Of a stretch of 64,000 nucleotides of DNA, positions 22,419 through 35,089 are shown in pieces. The stretch covers positions 4,148,578 to 4,212,577 of the forward strand of contig CP136572.1 of assembly GCA_035193785.1 (NCBI GenBank). The letters run 5' to 3'. A model generated the notes under the pieces. It was not told the origin of the DNA, ran no database searches, and worked only from the letters and a program-made list of their open reading frames with translations. The position numbers and the translations under genes were made by a program. This stretch comes from Planktothrix sp. GU0601_MAG3. Lineage in GTDB: Bacteria; Cyanobacteriota; Cyanobacteriia; Cyanobacteriales; Microcoleaceae. Each line of letters starts with the position of its first letter. The first letter of the stretch is position 1.

Positions 22419-23642
22419 ATGATCATTGACCTATTGTTAATTGGTGCATTGGGATTTCTTGGGAGTTTTGGTCACTGTTTGGGGATGTGCGGCCCCTTAA
22501 CCGTTGCTTTTTCGGTTTCCGATGAATCCCTCTCCCGTGGTAAAATTCCCTGGCAATTTCACCTATTATTAAATTTAGGCAGAATTCTGAGTTATGCCTT
22601 AGTGGGGGCAACTATTGGCGGCTTGGGTTCGGTCTTAATTGCCGGGGGACAAATGGCGGGAATTGGCAGTATTTTTCGCCAAGGTATAGCAATTTTTACT
22701 GGAGTTCTATTAATCATTTTAGGATTAGCTCAAATTAATCCTACCGTTTTTCATCGTTTCCCAATTGTTCATCCTTTATCCCCGAAAAATTTACATAATC
22801 ACCTAAGTAAATGGATGGTGAATGTATCTTTGCAAAATCATTTTTTTACCCCGATTTTATTGGGATTAATTTGGGGTTTAATTCCCTGTGGCTTTCTGTA
22901 CACCGCCCAAATTAAGGCCGCAGAAACGGGGAGTTCAGGGTTAGGAATGCTGACAATGTTAGCCTTTGGCATAGGAACTTTCCCGACGATGTTGGGCGTA
23001 GGATTATTAACGGGAAAATTCACCGCCGACCGTCGGAGTCAACTCTTTAAAATGGGGGGATGGATTACTTTATTAATTGGAATTTTAACCCTATTAAGAA
23101 CCGGAAGTCATGTTGATTATACGGGTTATGGATCTTTAATTAGTTTAATGTTTGCCTTAATTGCCCGTCCCATTAGTCGCCTCTGGTCACAACCTTTAAA
23201 ATATAGACGTTTTTTAGGGGTGGGAGCTTTTGTATTAGCAATTGTGCATACGGTACAAATGTTAGATCATACGTTTCAATGGAATTTAACTGCTTTTGAA
23301 TTTATGATTCCCAAACATCAAGGCGGAATTATCGCTGGCGGGTTAGCATTCCTATTGATGATTCCGGCGGCGATCACCAGTTTTGATCATATTCAAAATT
23401 ATTTAGGAATATTCTGGCGTAGAATTCATTTATTAGCGGTTCCGGCGTTAATTTTGGCTGTGGTTCATGCTCTGTTAATTGGTTCTAATTATTTCGGGAG
23501 ATTTGATATAACATTTTTTGATCAATTAAGAGGTTTTGTTTTTATTATTTTAACTTTAATGGTATTATTAATTAGGTATCTGCCTATTTGGTCAATATTG
23601 GGATTAGAGAAATTTTATGTTGCACCCCTTAAACAAAAATAG
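22419..23642 (+). CDS. DsbD_2/TauE-like membrane domain fused to a ferric-reductase-like (MsrQ-like) TM domain
   Basis: GHCLGMCG and GLIPCG; RRFLGV...H and WRRIH. Confidence 0.8.
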   Translation: MIIDLLLIGALGFLGSFGHCLGMCGPLTVAFSVSDESLSRGKIPWQFHLLLNLGRILSYALVGATIGGLGSVLIAGGQMAGIGSIFRQGIAIFTGVLLIILGLAQINPTVFHRFPIVHPLSPKNLHNHLSKWMVNVSLQNHFFTPILLGLIWGLIPCGFLYTAQIKAAETGSSGLGMLTMLAFGIGTFPTMLGVGLLTGKFTADRRSQLFKMGGWITLLIGILTLLRTGSHVDYTGYGSLISLMFALIARPISRLWSQPLKYRRFLGVGAFVLAIVHTVQMLDHTFQWNLTAFEFMIPKHQGGIIAGGLAFLLMIPAAITSFDHIQNYLGIFWRRIHLLAVPALILAVVHALLIGSNYFGRFDITFFDQLRGFVFIILTLMVLLIRYLPIWSILGLEKFYVAPLKQK

Positions 23643-24087
23643 GTCTTTCAAATTATTATTAATTATTGGAACATTCCTCTGTGTTCAACCCCTGCAAAAA
23701 TTCTCCTATTCTCACCGGGCTATGGCCCATGAAGTAAAAGTGTCTGAAGATGTGGCGGTGACATTCCACCTAGAACCGAATCATAATCCCCGGGCGGGAG
23801 AAAAGGCAATAATTTGGTTTGCATTAACTCGTCGCGGTGGCAAAATTATTCCCCTATCTGAATGTAATTGTCAATTGGCAATTTTCCGCGAACCTCGATC
23901 CCCAAATGCCCAACCATTAATGCGGCCCCAATTAAAAGCTATTGCTGCGGAAAAATATCAGGATATTCCCGGAACAGAAGTTATATTTCCCCAAGCTGGA
24001 ATTTATCAATTAGAATTAAAAGGAAGTGCTAAAAACCCCAATAATTTTAAACCATTTAAAACCAATTATTCTGTTACAGTCCGATAA
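23617..24087 (+). CDS. Exported hypothetical protein
   Basis: Signal-like N-terminus ending AMA-H; FPQAGIYQLEL. Confidence 0.65.
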   Translation: MLHPLNKNRSFKLLLIIGTFLCVQPLQKFSYSHRAMAHEVKVSEDVAVTFHLEPNHNPRAGEKAIIWFALTRRGGKIIPLSECNCQLAIFREPRSPNAQPLMRPQLKAIAAEKYQDIPGTEVIFPQAGIYQLELKGSAKNPNNFKPFKTNYSVTVR

Positions 24088-24159
24088 ATTTCAACAGGAT
24101 TTTCTCACCGGGTAGGGGTGGGTTCGAGTTGACCTTTCCTACTAACTAGGGAATAGGGC

Positions 24160-24244
24160 AGGACTTACGCACAAGACCCAAGACACCGAGTTGTGGATGA
24201 AATCGGTGTTTTTCGTTCAGAAACCTGGTTTCTGCGTAAGTCCT
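24160..24244. mobile_element. AGGACTTACGCA MITE copy 2 (internally shortened)
   Basis: Same TIRs and core as 10365-10465. Confidence 0.85.
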
Positions 24245-24439
24245 AAAAGAAATGTGTACAAAATCAGTCCCAGTCTGAATAGACTTCTACGGCAATTCAT
24301 CCCGCCAATTGGTCGGGGGTCTTCTTGCAGAATTCAGAATAGGCGAAACCCGACACCCGAAAAAGTAAGAGATCGTTGCCGCGGTGATCCCCCTTTCAGA
24401 TAAAATGGTATACGCGGCATCCAAAAAGGAAAACAGGAT

Positions 24440-24674
24440 ATGAGTGCTACATTTGACAAAGTAAAAAAAATTGTGAAAGAACAGTTAGACGTTGAGGAAG
24501 AAAAAATTACTCCAACTGCTAACTTCATCGAAGACTTAGGCGCCGATTCTCTGGATACGGTAGAAACTGGTCATGGCTTTGGAAGAAGAATTTGAAGTCG
24601 AAATTCCCGATGAAGATGCTGAAAATATTAAGACCGTTGGAGATGTTGTAAGTTACATTGAAAGCAAAGGCTAA
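24440..24674 (+). CDS. acpP: Acyl carrier protein (frameshift ~24565; absent from the ORF track)
   Basis: [16 protein letters not shown]...[10 protein letters not shown](E)[19 protein letters not shown]. Confidence 0.95.
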
Positions 24675-25045
24675 GCTTAATCTTCAATTGGGGTAAAATC
24701 CACAGGACAAGCGGAGGATTAGCCGTTGGTCAGTCCCACAGGTACTTTACTGTATCTGACTGTCTGAACTAGGCAATCCTAACCCATTTTAATTAAACTG
24801 CTGTTATAACGTTAGTTTTGGTTCTCACTGATGTTCTGCATTTTGGGTGATAAGTTTTTGAATCGAATATCATGACTACGGTTAGCACCCCCTACTAAAG
24901 TAACGGGGATTCATGCTTCACCTTACCCTAGAAATAGGTGTTAGGAGACAACCAGATCTCTACAGGGGGGTAACCATACCCCTCTACCCCGAAAGGGGAA
25001 ATATAAAGCCTAACTTTTAGTTAGGGGTTTCTACCTATTTTTCCG

Positions 25046-26290
25046 ATGAATTTGAAGCGCGTTGTTGTAACAGGTTTAGGGGCAATTACTCCGCTAGGAA
25101 ATACCAAGGCTGAATATTGGGACGGGTTAATTAACGGACGCAATGGAATTGGCCCAATCACCCGATTTGATGCGTCAAAACACGATTGTCGCATTGCGGG
25201 GGAAGTCAAAAAATTTGACCCCTGTGATTACATCTCACGCAAGGAAGCCAAGCGGATGGATCGCTTCGCTCAATTTGCGGTGGCTGCGAGTCAGCAAGCT
25301 GTTTCTGATGCCGGATTCGTGATTAATGACTTAAATGCAGAACAGGTGGGTGTCATTATTGGTACGGGTATTGGCGGACTGAAGGTGCTCGAAGATCAAC
25401 AAGAGATCTATTTAACCCGTGGCCCAGATCGCTGTAGTCCGTTTATGATCCCGATGATGATTGCCAATATGGCGGCCGGACTCACGGCGATTCATACCGG
25501 GGCAAAAGGGCCAAACTCCTGTTCGGTAACGGCTTGTGCAGCCGGGTCAAATTCCGTGGGCGATGCCTTTCGTTTAATTCAACGGGGCTATGCTCAAGCG
25601 ATGATTTGTGGCGGTACGGAGGCGGCGGTTACACCTCTATCGGTGGCGGGATTTGCCGCAGCCCGGGCGCTCTCGACTCGCAATGACGAACCCCTGAAGG
25701 CCTGTCGTCCCTTTGATCGGGATCGAGATGGGTTTGTCATGGGAGAGGGTGCGGGAATTCTGCTTTTAGAAGAACTAGAGGGCGCTTTAAGTCGGGGCGC
25801 CCGGATTTATGCGGAAATGGTGGGTTATGGGATGACCTGTGATGCCTACCACATGACCTCCCCTGTTCCTGGGGGAGAAGGGGCGAGTAGGGCGATTTCC
25901 TTGGCGATGAAGGATGCCGGAATTACCCCGGAACAAATTAGTTATATTAATGCTCACGGAACTAGCACCGCGGCTAACGACACTACGGAAACCGCAGCGA
26001 TTAAACGGGTATTGGGCGAGAGTGCTTACAAGATAACAGTAAGTTCGACTAAATCAATGACTGGTCACTTGTTAGGGGGATCGGGAGGAATTGAGGCGGT
26101 AGCAACGGCGATGGTTATTGCTGAGGATCGGGTTCCTCCTACGATTAATTTAGATCATCCTGATCCTGATTGTGATTTGGATTATGTTCCCCACCACAGT
26201 CGCGCCCAAGTTGTGAATGTGGCTTTATCCAATTCCTTTGGATTTGGCGGCCATAATGTCACCTTAGCATTTAAAAAGTTTCAACATTGA
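25046..26290 (+). CDS. fabF: Beta-ketoacyl-ACP synthase II
   Basis: [38 protein letters not shown]. Confidence 0.97.
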   Translation: MNLKRVVVTGLGAITPLGNTKAEYWDGLINGRNGIGPITRFDASKHDCRIAGEVKKFDPCDYISRKEAKRMDRFAQFAVAASQQAVSDAGFVINDLNAEQVGVIIGTGIGGLKVLEDQQEIYLTRGPDRCSPFMIPMMIANMAAGLTAIHTGAKGPNSCSVTACAAGSNSVGDAFRLIQRGYAQAMICGGTEAAVTPLSVAGFAAARALSTRNDEPLKACRPFDRDRDGFVMGEGAGILLLEELEGALSRGARIYAEMVGYGMTCDAYHMTSPVPGGEGASRAISLAMKDAGITPEQISYINAHGTSTAANDTTETAAIKRVLGESAYKITVSSTKSMTGHLLGGSGGIEAVATAMVIAEDRVPPTINLDHPDPDCDLDYVPHHSRAQVVNVALSNSFGFGGHNVTLAFKKFQH

Positions 26291-26328
26291 TCGGCAATCT
26301 ATACCAAGGTTGCCACATTTTATTCTGG

Positions 26329-26377
26329 GGGTTTGGTCTTGTCACCTGATTTGCGGTTGGGTTGGAAGACCAAACCC
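26329..26377 (+). terminator. Putative terminator after fabF
   Basis: gggtttggtctt...aagaccaaaccc followed by a T-run. Confidence 0.65.
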
Positions 26378-26466
26378 TTAAATTTTTTTTACACAAATCC
26401 TAGTAGTATGGAAAATAAAGAAATTTCAATAATTGCTATTTTTGTAGTTAGCTTAGAGAGGTATCC

Positions 26467-27643
26467 TTGAGTCAATCACTAGACGCCATTGCTCCGCACG
26501 GTGGACATCTAATTAATCGTATTGCAACTCCTGACCAACGACAGGAATTTTTGGACAAAGCAGCACATTTACCGATAGTTCAGTTGGATGAGCGATCGCT
26601 TTCTGATTTGGAGTTAATCGCCATTGGTGGTTTTAGTCCCCTCACTGGGTTTATGGGACAGGCGGACTATAAAACCGTTGTTGACCAAATGCACCTGAGT
26701 AGTGGTTTACCTTGGTCAATTCCGATCACTTTGTCTGTATCTGAGGAGGTCGCCTCGAACCTGAAAGTCGGGGGGTTGGTGCGTTTAGATTCCCCCGGCG
26801 GTGAGTTTGTTGGGGTTTTGGAAACTGACCGAAAAATATTCCTACGATAAGGAAACCGAAGCCCTCAAGGTTTATCGCACCACGGACGAAAAACATCCTG
26901 GGGTCAAGGTCGTTTACGATCAGGGGGGAGTTAATCTCGCTGGCCCAGTATGGTTATTAGAACGTCAGTCCCATCCCTACTTCCCAAAATATCAAATTGA
27001 CCCGGCTGAGTCTCGGGCGCTATTTAGAGAAAAAGGCTGGAAAACTATTGTCGGATTTCAAACCCGAAATCCCATCCATCGCGCCCATGAATATATTCAA
27101 AAATGCGCTTTAGAAACCGTTGATGGCTTGTTTTTGCATCCTTTGGTTGGGGCGACAAAATCCGATGATATTCCGGCGGATGTGCGGATGCGCTGCTATG
27201 AAATTTTGATTGATCATTACTATCCTAAACAACGGGTGATTTTAGCGATTAATCCCGCCGCCATGCGTTATGCTGGCCCCAGAGAAGCGATTTTTCATGC
27301 GCTGGTGCGGAAAAATTATGGCTGTACTCATTTTATCGTGGGTCGTGATCATGCCGGGGTCGGTGATTATTATGGCACTTACGATGCCCAATATATTTTC
27401 GATGAGTTTGAACCCGGGGAATTAGGTATTACTCCGATGATGTTTGAACACGCTTTTTACTGTAAGGTAACGGAAGGAATGGCCACCAGTAAAACCAGTC
27501 CCAGTTCACCAGAACAGCGAGTTCATTTATCAGGAACTAAGGTAAGAGAATTACTCCGTCGGGGAGAACTTCCCCCCCCGGAATTTTCCCGCCCAGAAGT
27601 TGCTAATGAATTGATTAAAGCCATGAAAACGAATAATCAGTAA
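26467..27643 (+). CDS. sat: Sulfate adenylyltransferase (ATP sulfurylase) (frameshift ~26823)
   Basis: [31 protein letters not shown]. Confidence 0.97.
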
Positions 27644-27800
27644 TCAGTTATCGGTAATCAGTTATCAGTGTCAGAGTTAATATTATAGTTAATAGTTTAT
27701 TAGCTGTTTTTTAATTCTAACCTGATCACTGATAACGGTTATAGACGAGCCGTGGCAAGTCTAACCACTGATAATTGATAACTGATAACTGATAACTGAT
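27636..27800. repeat. Inverted pair of STRR arrays (ATCAGTN ... ACTGATA)
   Basis: Arrays at ~27636-27670 and ~27767-27800 are reverse complements. Confidence 0.8.
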
Positions 27801-27808
27801 TTTTGGTA

Positions 27809-30095
27809 ATGGGACTACAAAGACGGGAATTTTTACAACGGGCTGGCTTACTGTTGGCGGCACTGGGGATTAATGAAAGACTGTATTATCGTTCTTCTCA
27901 AGCCGCTTCACAGCCAACCCGACGGAAGTTAGCCCTATTAGTTGGAATTAATCAATATCCAACGGTAAATCGCATTCAAGAACCGTTGCAAGGCTGTTTG
28001 ACGGATGTGGAATTACAACGGAATTTGTTAATTTATAAATTTGGTTTTCAAGCCGATGATATTGTCACGTTAACAAATGAAGCAGCCACCAGAAATCAAA
28101 TTGAATCAGTATTTATTTCCCATTTAATTGAACAGGCTAAAACCGGGGATTTAGTGCTGTTTCATTTTAGTGGTTATGGTAGTTGTATTCCCGGTTATAA
28201 TTCGGTTAATAATCAATCTCAAATTAAATATTCTTACCTTCCTGTTGATATGGCTTTATCAGAACAGGAAGCTATTAATGATATTTTAGAAGATACCCTG
28301 TGGTTGTTATTGCGATCGCTAAAAACTTCTAATATAATTAATATTTTAGATACAAGTTTTATTTATCCAGGATATCATCAACAAGGGACTCTAAAAATTC
28401 GTGCTGTTTCCCAGTCCCACGACTATTGAAATTAATCCCGCAGAATTGGATTTACAAAATCAACTATTATCTAGTTTAGGTATTTCTCGTCAAGAATTAG
28501 AACAACGAAAACCGGGTTTACCAGGAATAGTTTTATCCGCATCCAAACCATCCCAAATCGCTACAGAAGGTCGATGGGATGGCTTTAATGCAGGATTATT
28601 CACTTATATCTTAACCCAGACCCTCTGGGGGGCAAGTTCACCCCGGAATTTATCCGCTCAAATCCGTCGAGTTGCGGGAGAAGTAGAACAAATTGTGGGA
28701 TCATGTCAACAACCCCAAATGCGACGCACATTAACCGGGTCTAATCCTAAAACTGAATCAGAATTTTCTTTAGGGAATTTATTAGTTAATTATCCTCCGG
28801 TTGATGGTGTAATTACCGGAGTTGAAGATAACGGCAAAATAGCAAAAATTTTATTAACTGGTCTGCCAGCTTTTGTGTTAGATTCCTATGGTTTAAATAG
28901 TGTATTAACGATTATAACAGAATCCGATTCTTTAGATAATCCTATCTATTTACAACTGCGTTCTCGCACCGGATTAAATGCCAAAGCCCAAATAAAAAAC
29001 AATGATTTAACGTCATTTTTTGGGCTAGAAATCGGACAAAAAGTGCAAGAATCAATTCGGATTTTACCTCGAAAAATTGATTTAAAAATTGCCTTAGATC
29101 CGAAATTATCTCGAATTGAACGGGTTGATGCAACCAGCGCGTTTTCCGATTCTCCTCGGATGACAATTGTAGCAAGTGATCAACCTGCGGATTATGTCCT
29201 TAGTCGCGTTACCGATACCACTATTGCCCAAGCATTGAACCCACCCTTATCACCTTTATTTCAAGGCAGATATGGGTTATTTTCTAAGGGTTTAGTCTTA
29301 CTTCCCGATACCGTTGGCGAAGGGGGAGAGGCGGTAAAAGTGGCGGTAAATCGGTTAATTCCTCAACTGAAAACCCGGTTAGCAATTAAGTTATTAAGAT
29401 CAACAGAAAATGAACGTTCCTCAGCTTTAAAAGTGAGCGCGTCTTTAAATTTATTAGCCCCCCAATCTCAAGTTTTAATTAAACAAAAAACCACAGGAAT
29501 TGTTAATACTATAAATCGAGAGGATGCTAATAATATTAATTCTCAGTCGAGTTCAAATCAACCCATAATTACCGCTTCAGAAAATATCGGCGTTGTCACC
29601 GTAAATCTGGGAAGTCGTTTACAATATCAACTCCAAAATCAAGGAGAATTTCCGGTTTATTTCCTAGTATTTTCTATGAATAGTGAAGGAGCAACCTATA
29701 TTTTTAATTCGGGTTTTGACCCCCAGCAACAACAAATTGCACCCGGCAAATCCTTGAGTTTACCAACTGCTAACATTTATAGTGGAAATCCTTCCACAGA
29801 AATGATAGGAGAAATGGTCAAAGGGTCAGCCGGATTAGTAGAAACTCACGTTATTTTAAGTCATAATCCCTTCTTAGAAACACTAGAAATTTCAGATAGA
29901 AATGTTAATAAAAGTGAAGGCATTTTAAAATTTAATCGCGTTTCTAATCCTTTGAATATTGCGGATGCAATTTTACAAGATTTGAATAGAGGTAGTCAAC
30001 CAACCTCAGAAAAAATGGGAATTATCACCGATGATTTAGCCCTGGATATTAATAGTTGGGCGACGTTTAATTTTGTTTATCGGGTTGTAGGATAG
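27809..30095 (+). CDS. Caspase-family (C14) pseudo-orthocaspase with Tat-like signal and C-terminal DUF4384-like region (frameshift ~28408)
   Basis: RREFL; KLALLVGINQY; FHFSGYG and ILDTSF in place of the His/Cys dyad. Confidence 0.85.
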
Positions 30096-30292
30096 ACCCG
30101 TCACCTTGACGAATTGCTTGTCTATAAGCCAGTATCTCCTCAGATACAGGTTCATCTTTGAAAGACCCTGTAATTTGTTGTGGCTAATTGGTCAAAAGTT
30201 TCTTCTAATTAATAAGCTCAATTTATAGCAATAGGCAAAAGGCAATAGGGATTATGGAATCCCTTGCAAAATTAAACAGGAATAGTTGGGGA

Positions 30293-31556
30293 CTAATAAA
30301 CCTGTTCAACTACCTTTGCCAAGCGTTTCATCCCTTCTGTAATCTCCTCATCCGTAGCAGTTAAACTAATCCGAATACATTGGTTTTTATGACTCCATTC
30401 TCCCTGTAAACCCGGAAAAAATGAATTTCCTGGAACCACAATTACCCCCACTTCTTTTAACTGTTGATATAATTCCCAGTCGGTTATTGGTAAATCTTTA
30501 AACCACATCCAGGCAAAAATTGCTCCTTCACCCCGATGTAAAAACCAGGGTAAATTTTTAGGCATGGCTTGATTTAATGCGGTTTCCACTACGGTAAATT
30601 TCTGTTGATAATAGGGACGAATTACCTCAGTCGCAATTTCTGATAATGCTCCAGAACCGATGGCACGGGCGGCAATTGCCTGTCCATAACGGGGAGAATG
30701 AATACACATATTAGTTTGGAATGCTTCTAATACTTGAATTGTGCTTTCATTGCCAATAGCAACCCCTAATCGTTCCCCGGGTAAACCCGCTTTTGATAAA
30801 CTAATACAGTGAATAATATTATCGCCAAAAACTGGTTTCATTTCGGTAAAATTCAAGGCAGGAAATGGGGGAGCATAGGCAGAATCAATGAATACAGGCA
30901 CGTTAAAATTAGTGGCTAAATCGGTAATTTTTTTAACTTCTTCTTCTGTTAAAACGTTACCACTGGGGTTACAGGGACGGGAGAAAATAACACATCCGGT
31001 GGTTTCATCAATGATTAATTGACTAAAATCAGGACGATATTTAAAATAATGATTGACTTCATCAATATCTAAAGTAGGTTGATAAGCAAAAACTGCTTCA
31101 GGAATTAAACTCACACCTCCATATCCGGTATAATCAGGACTTAATGGGAGAACAATTTTTTTCAGTTTGCCCTCGGTGGTATACCCGCCAAAGGCATTGG
31201 TAGCATAGAAATAAATTGATTGACTGCCGGGTGTAATTAATACATTTCGGTCGGTTAAATTTAATCCGTAACGGGAATTAAAATCCTCAACAATGACATC
31301 AATAAAAGGTTTATATCCCTGACTAGAAACCATACCGACAAACAACTTCCCCATATTCAGGACTTGATAGTAATTGTTCGGTACAATCTCGCCACAATTG
31401 TTCAACTTCAGGCAAAATTACCGGATTTCCTGCACTTAAATTAATAAAATCCTTGCCTTTTCCTAATCTTAAAGTTTCAATAATATCTTTCATAATAGCA
31501 CGAACTCCCGTTAAATGAGACATCCGTTCGCCAAATTGTGTCAAAGCAGGATTCAT
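30293..31556 (-). CDS. avtA: Valine-pyruvate aminotransferase (frameshift ~31328)
   Basis: NLSAGNP, SRPCNPSG, IDSAY, SLSKAGLPGERLG. Confidence 0.88.
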
Positions 31557-31758
31557 AGTTTTATAACCCAATTAATTAACATTATCCCCCTATAATTAGG
31601 AGGTAGTAGGTAGGAGCTAGAATCATAACCAGAAATCCGATACCCACAACCAGGAGTGATGGAATCTGATATCTGTTCATCATCATTTGATCAATCTTAA
31701 CCTTAGAATTGAACATATAGGACAGTTTTCAACCAAAATATTAGGATTTTTTGTGTTT

Positions 31759-32602
31759 ATGGTAATTTGGCAAGCTGATTTTTATTCTCGTCCCCTCAAG
31801 GATGCAAGCGGACAACCTCTGTGGGAGTTGTTAGTCTGTGACCAGACTCGCAAGGTTGAGTTTATGGCGATGTGTCCTCAGTCGCAAGCAAATTCAACTT
31901 GGTTAATCGAACAGTTAAAACAAGTAATTGTTACTGAAAAACCCGATAAAATTAAGGTGTTTCGTCCGCAGTCTTTAAGTTTATTAGAAACGGCGGGAAA
32001 AGTATTAGGAATTGTAGTGGAACCGGATCGAAATACAGAAACATTAAAACAATGGTTAACTGAACGTTCAACACAATATTCTCAGTCAGAATATTATACG
32101 GGAGAACTCTATAATCCTGTGAAACTAGATCAACTGCCACCTTTACCATTACCCGATAAATTATGGGGAGATAGTTGGAAATTTGCCAGTATTTCTGCCG
32201 GAAATTTACAAGAATTTTTTGCCGACCGTCCGATTCCAATTCTCCAAATACCAGACAATTTTTTACCTATAAATATAGGTTTGGCTTCGGTAGTAGCGAT
32301 TCCTGGAATTATTATTAATGGTGGTAAAAAATCCATGCAGTTAGCTAGATGGTTAGAGGAAATTAAACCCTTTGCTTTCAATTATATTGCGGGTTTCTCC
32401 CAATGGATTGATCTTAGAATCAGGTTTAGTTGATCGTTGGGTGATGGCAACCTTTGAAGATGCGGAAGTCATGGATGCAGCCAAAACCTTTGAAGTCAGA
32501 AAACAGTTGGCAAAAGGATTACATTTTCTATTAGTTCAACCGGATGATTCAGGGATGACTTTTAGTGGATTTTGGCTATTAAAAGCGGAAATAAAAAACT
32601 AA
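31759..32602 (+). CDS. Tab2/Atab2-family RNA-binding protein (DUF1092) (frameshift ~32395)
   Basis: IWQADFYSRP, WELLVCD, GLHFLLVQPDDSGMTFSGFWLL. Confidence 0.88.
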
Positions 32603-32651
32603 AATTAATAGCAGAAATCGGGTTTCTTGAAGCAACTCGGTTTCTGAAATT

Positions 32652-32913
32652 CTATAGCCTAACTTCTACCGTTTCAGCAACATCTTGAAGGGCAGATAAT
32701 AATAATTCAGGTTCAGGATCTTTTTCTTGTAAAATTGCCCAAAGATATAATGCGGCTTCAGAGGGATCTTTGAGAGATTCAATTAAATAGTCTTGATAAT
32801 TTCTAGTTAGAGATTGCATTAAACCGCCTCCTGTAGTCTTTCCAGTAAGTTTTAGCGGTGCGAATATCTTCTTCTTGAGTGCTTTTATCTCCACCACAAA
32901 GGAGCAAAATAAT
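32652..32913 (-). pseudogene. Decayed type II TA module: 3' remnant of a RelE/HigB-like toxin (32803-32913) plus truncated antitoxin (32652-32819)
   Basis: IILLLCGGDKSTQEEDIRTAKTYWKDY, then MQSLTRNYQDYLIESLKDPSEAALYL...ALQDVAE with no HTH. Confidence 0.75.
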
Positions 32914-33007
32914 GGAAAAATAGTTTTTTATGACCCCATTGTAGCATAAATTAAGGGATAATAGATTTTGTCTAAACTTCAGAAAAAATTACAATTACCT
33001 CAACGCC

Positions 33008-34138
33008 ATGCTATCTTTTCTTCGCAACGACCTCAACCAACTTAACGCCTATGCTCCTCACCCGGGGGGCAATTCTGGCAGTCCTATCGAGACTCAAATA
33101 TTAGACCGTTTAGATACTAATGAATGTCCCTATGATTTACCTGAAGAATTAAAACAAAAGCTGGCTTGGACGTATCAACAGGAAATTGAAACTAATCGTT
33201 ATCCTGATGGCAGTCATTTCCCCTTAAAAATGGCGATCGCTAATTATATTAATCAGATTATTTCTAATTCTGAAGCCTTTGTCAATCCTGAGCAGATTTC
33301 CGTTGGCAATGGGTCAGATGAATTAATTCGATCTATCTTAATTGCCACTTGTTTAGGGGGAGAAGGCTCAATTTTAGTAGCTAATCCTACTTTTTCTATG
33401 TATGGAATTATTGCCCAAACTTTGGGGGTGAACGTTGTTAATATAGAACGGCATCAAGACACCTTTGAAATGGATTTAAACGCGGCTAAAACTGCGATTG
33501 AAACAACACAAAATCCCCCAATTAGAGTTGTATTTGTAGTTCATCCTAATTCCCCTACGGCGAATGCCTTAACAAAAGATGAATTAGACTGGTTGCGTCA
33601 TTTACCAGAACAGATTTTAGTGGTCATTGATGAAGCCTATTTTGAATTTAGTCAAACCAGCGTAGTTGAGGAGTTAAAAAATTATCCCAATTGGGTGATT
33701 TTACGCACATTTTCTAAAGCATTTCGTTTAGCTTCCCTACGGGTTGGATATGCGATCGCTAATTCCGAATTAATCACCGCTTTAGAAAAAGTTCGTCTTC
33801 CCTATAACCTTCCTAGTTTCACACAAACCGCGGCTTTATTAGCCTTAAATAACCGTCAAGATTTGCTCGCAGTTATCCCTGAAATTTTAGCAGAAAGAAC
33901 TCGTTTAATTAAGGCTTTAACTGAAAATAAACAACTAAAAATTTGGCGCAGTGATGCTAATTTTATTTATATTAGGCTCGCTGATGAACAAAATTCCGAT
34001 CAAGCCTTAAACCAGATTATGCAACAATTAAAAACCAAAGGAACATTAGTGCGTCATACTGGAGGAGGACTGAGAATTACCGTTGGTCGTCCTGAAGAAA
34101 ATCAACGCACGATTGAGCGATTATTTTCTATTTTATAG
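33008..34138 (+). CDS. hisC: Histidinol-phosphate aminotransferase
   Basis: [29 protein letters not shown]. Confidence 0.93.
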   Translation: MLSFLRNDLNQLNAYAPHPGGNSGSPIETQILDRLDTNECPYDLPEELKQKLAWTYQQEIETNRYPDGSHFPLKMAIANYINQIISNSEAFVNPEQISVGNGSDELIRSILIATCLGGEGSILVANPTFSMYGIIAQTLGVNVVNIERHQDTFEMDLNAAKTAIETTQNPPIRVVFVVHPNSPTANALTKDELDWLRHLPEQILVVIDEAYFEFSQTSVVEELKNYPNWVILRTFSKAFRLASLRVGYAIANSELITALEKVRLPYNLPSFTQTAALLALNNRQDLLAVIPEILAERTRLIKALTENKQLKIWRSDANFIYIRLADEQNSDQALNQIMQQLKTKGTLVRHTGGGLRITVGRPEENQRTIERLFSIL

Positions 34139-34154
34139 TAAAGTAAAAAAATAG

Positions 34155-34216
34155 GTTTGGGTGGGTTTATATAGATTAAGATGATTAGTTGAACAGTTGG
34201 GTAAACCCGCCCAAAC
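34155..34216. repeat. REP-like inverted repeat after hisC
   Basis: gtttgggtgggttta...taaacccgcccaaac. Confidence 0.65.
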
Positions 34217-34246
34217 AGTAGATTTATTGTTGATTTTGTATTACCT

Positions 34247-35030
34247 ATGCAACGCTATTTTAAGATTTTAATGTTATTTTGGGAAACTGCGATCTCAGCA
34301 GAACTCGAATATCGAATTAACTTTCTGATTTCTGCCATCACCAGTTTAGGAAGTTTAATTGGTAGTATTTTCAGCCTATTTTTATTTTATAGAAACTGGT
34401 TACAGCTTTGAAGGATGGAGTTGGGAAGAAGCCTTAGTTGTTTTGGGAGTGTTCACAATATTACAAGGATTTTCCACCACAATATTAGTTCCCAATTTAA
34501 ACAGAATTGTCACCCATGTTCAAGATGGAACCTTAGATTTTGTATTGCTTAAACCCCTTAACAGTCAATTTTGGCTATCGACTCGGATGGTTTCTCCTTG
34601 GGGAACACCTGACCTAATTTTTGGCTGTTCAATTGTTGCTTATCAAGGTAGTAAACTAGGCCTAACCTGGAGAGATTATCTAGCCAGTTTATTACCTTTG
34701 TTTTTTGGAATGATGACTTTATATAGTATATGGTTTATCTTGGGGGCGACCAGTATTTGGTTTGTGAAAATTTATAATGTGACGGAAGTATTGAAGGGAT
34801 TATTAGAAGCCGGAAGATATCCCCTGGTGGCTTATCCCATGGCTTATCGTTTCTTTTTTACCTTTATTGTTCCCGTCGCATTTTTAACAACAATTCCAGC
34901 AGAATCAATCCTAGGAAGAACTAACATATCCTGGGTGCTCGGTTCAGGATTATTAGCCCTGGGATTATTATTAATTTCGGCTAGATTTTGGCAATTTGCA
35001 TTAAAATTTTATACCAGTGCCTCGAGTTGA
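34247..35030 (+). CDS. ABC-2 family permease (DUF990-like) (frameshift ~34394)
   Basis: EYRINF, GTLDFVLLKP, GRYP, YTSASS. Confidence 0.85.
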
Positions 35031-35089
35031 TTTTAAGCGGGCTATCGATCATTTTCACAATAGAAAATCTAGTCTCCATACAGTTAATA

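Noticed and set aside
24191..24528. Short ORFs upstream of or antisense to acpP
   Set aside because: Derived from MITE sequence or antisense to acpP.
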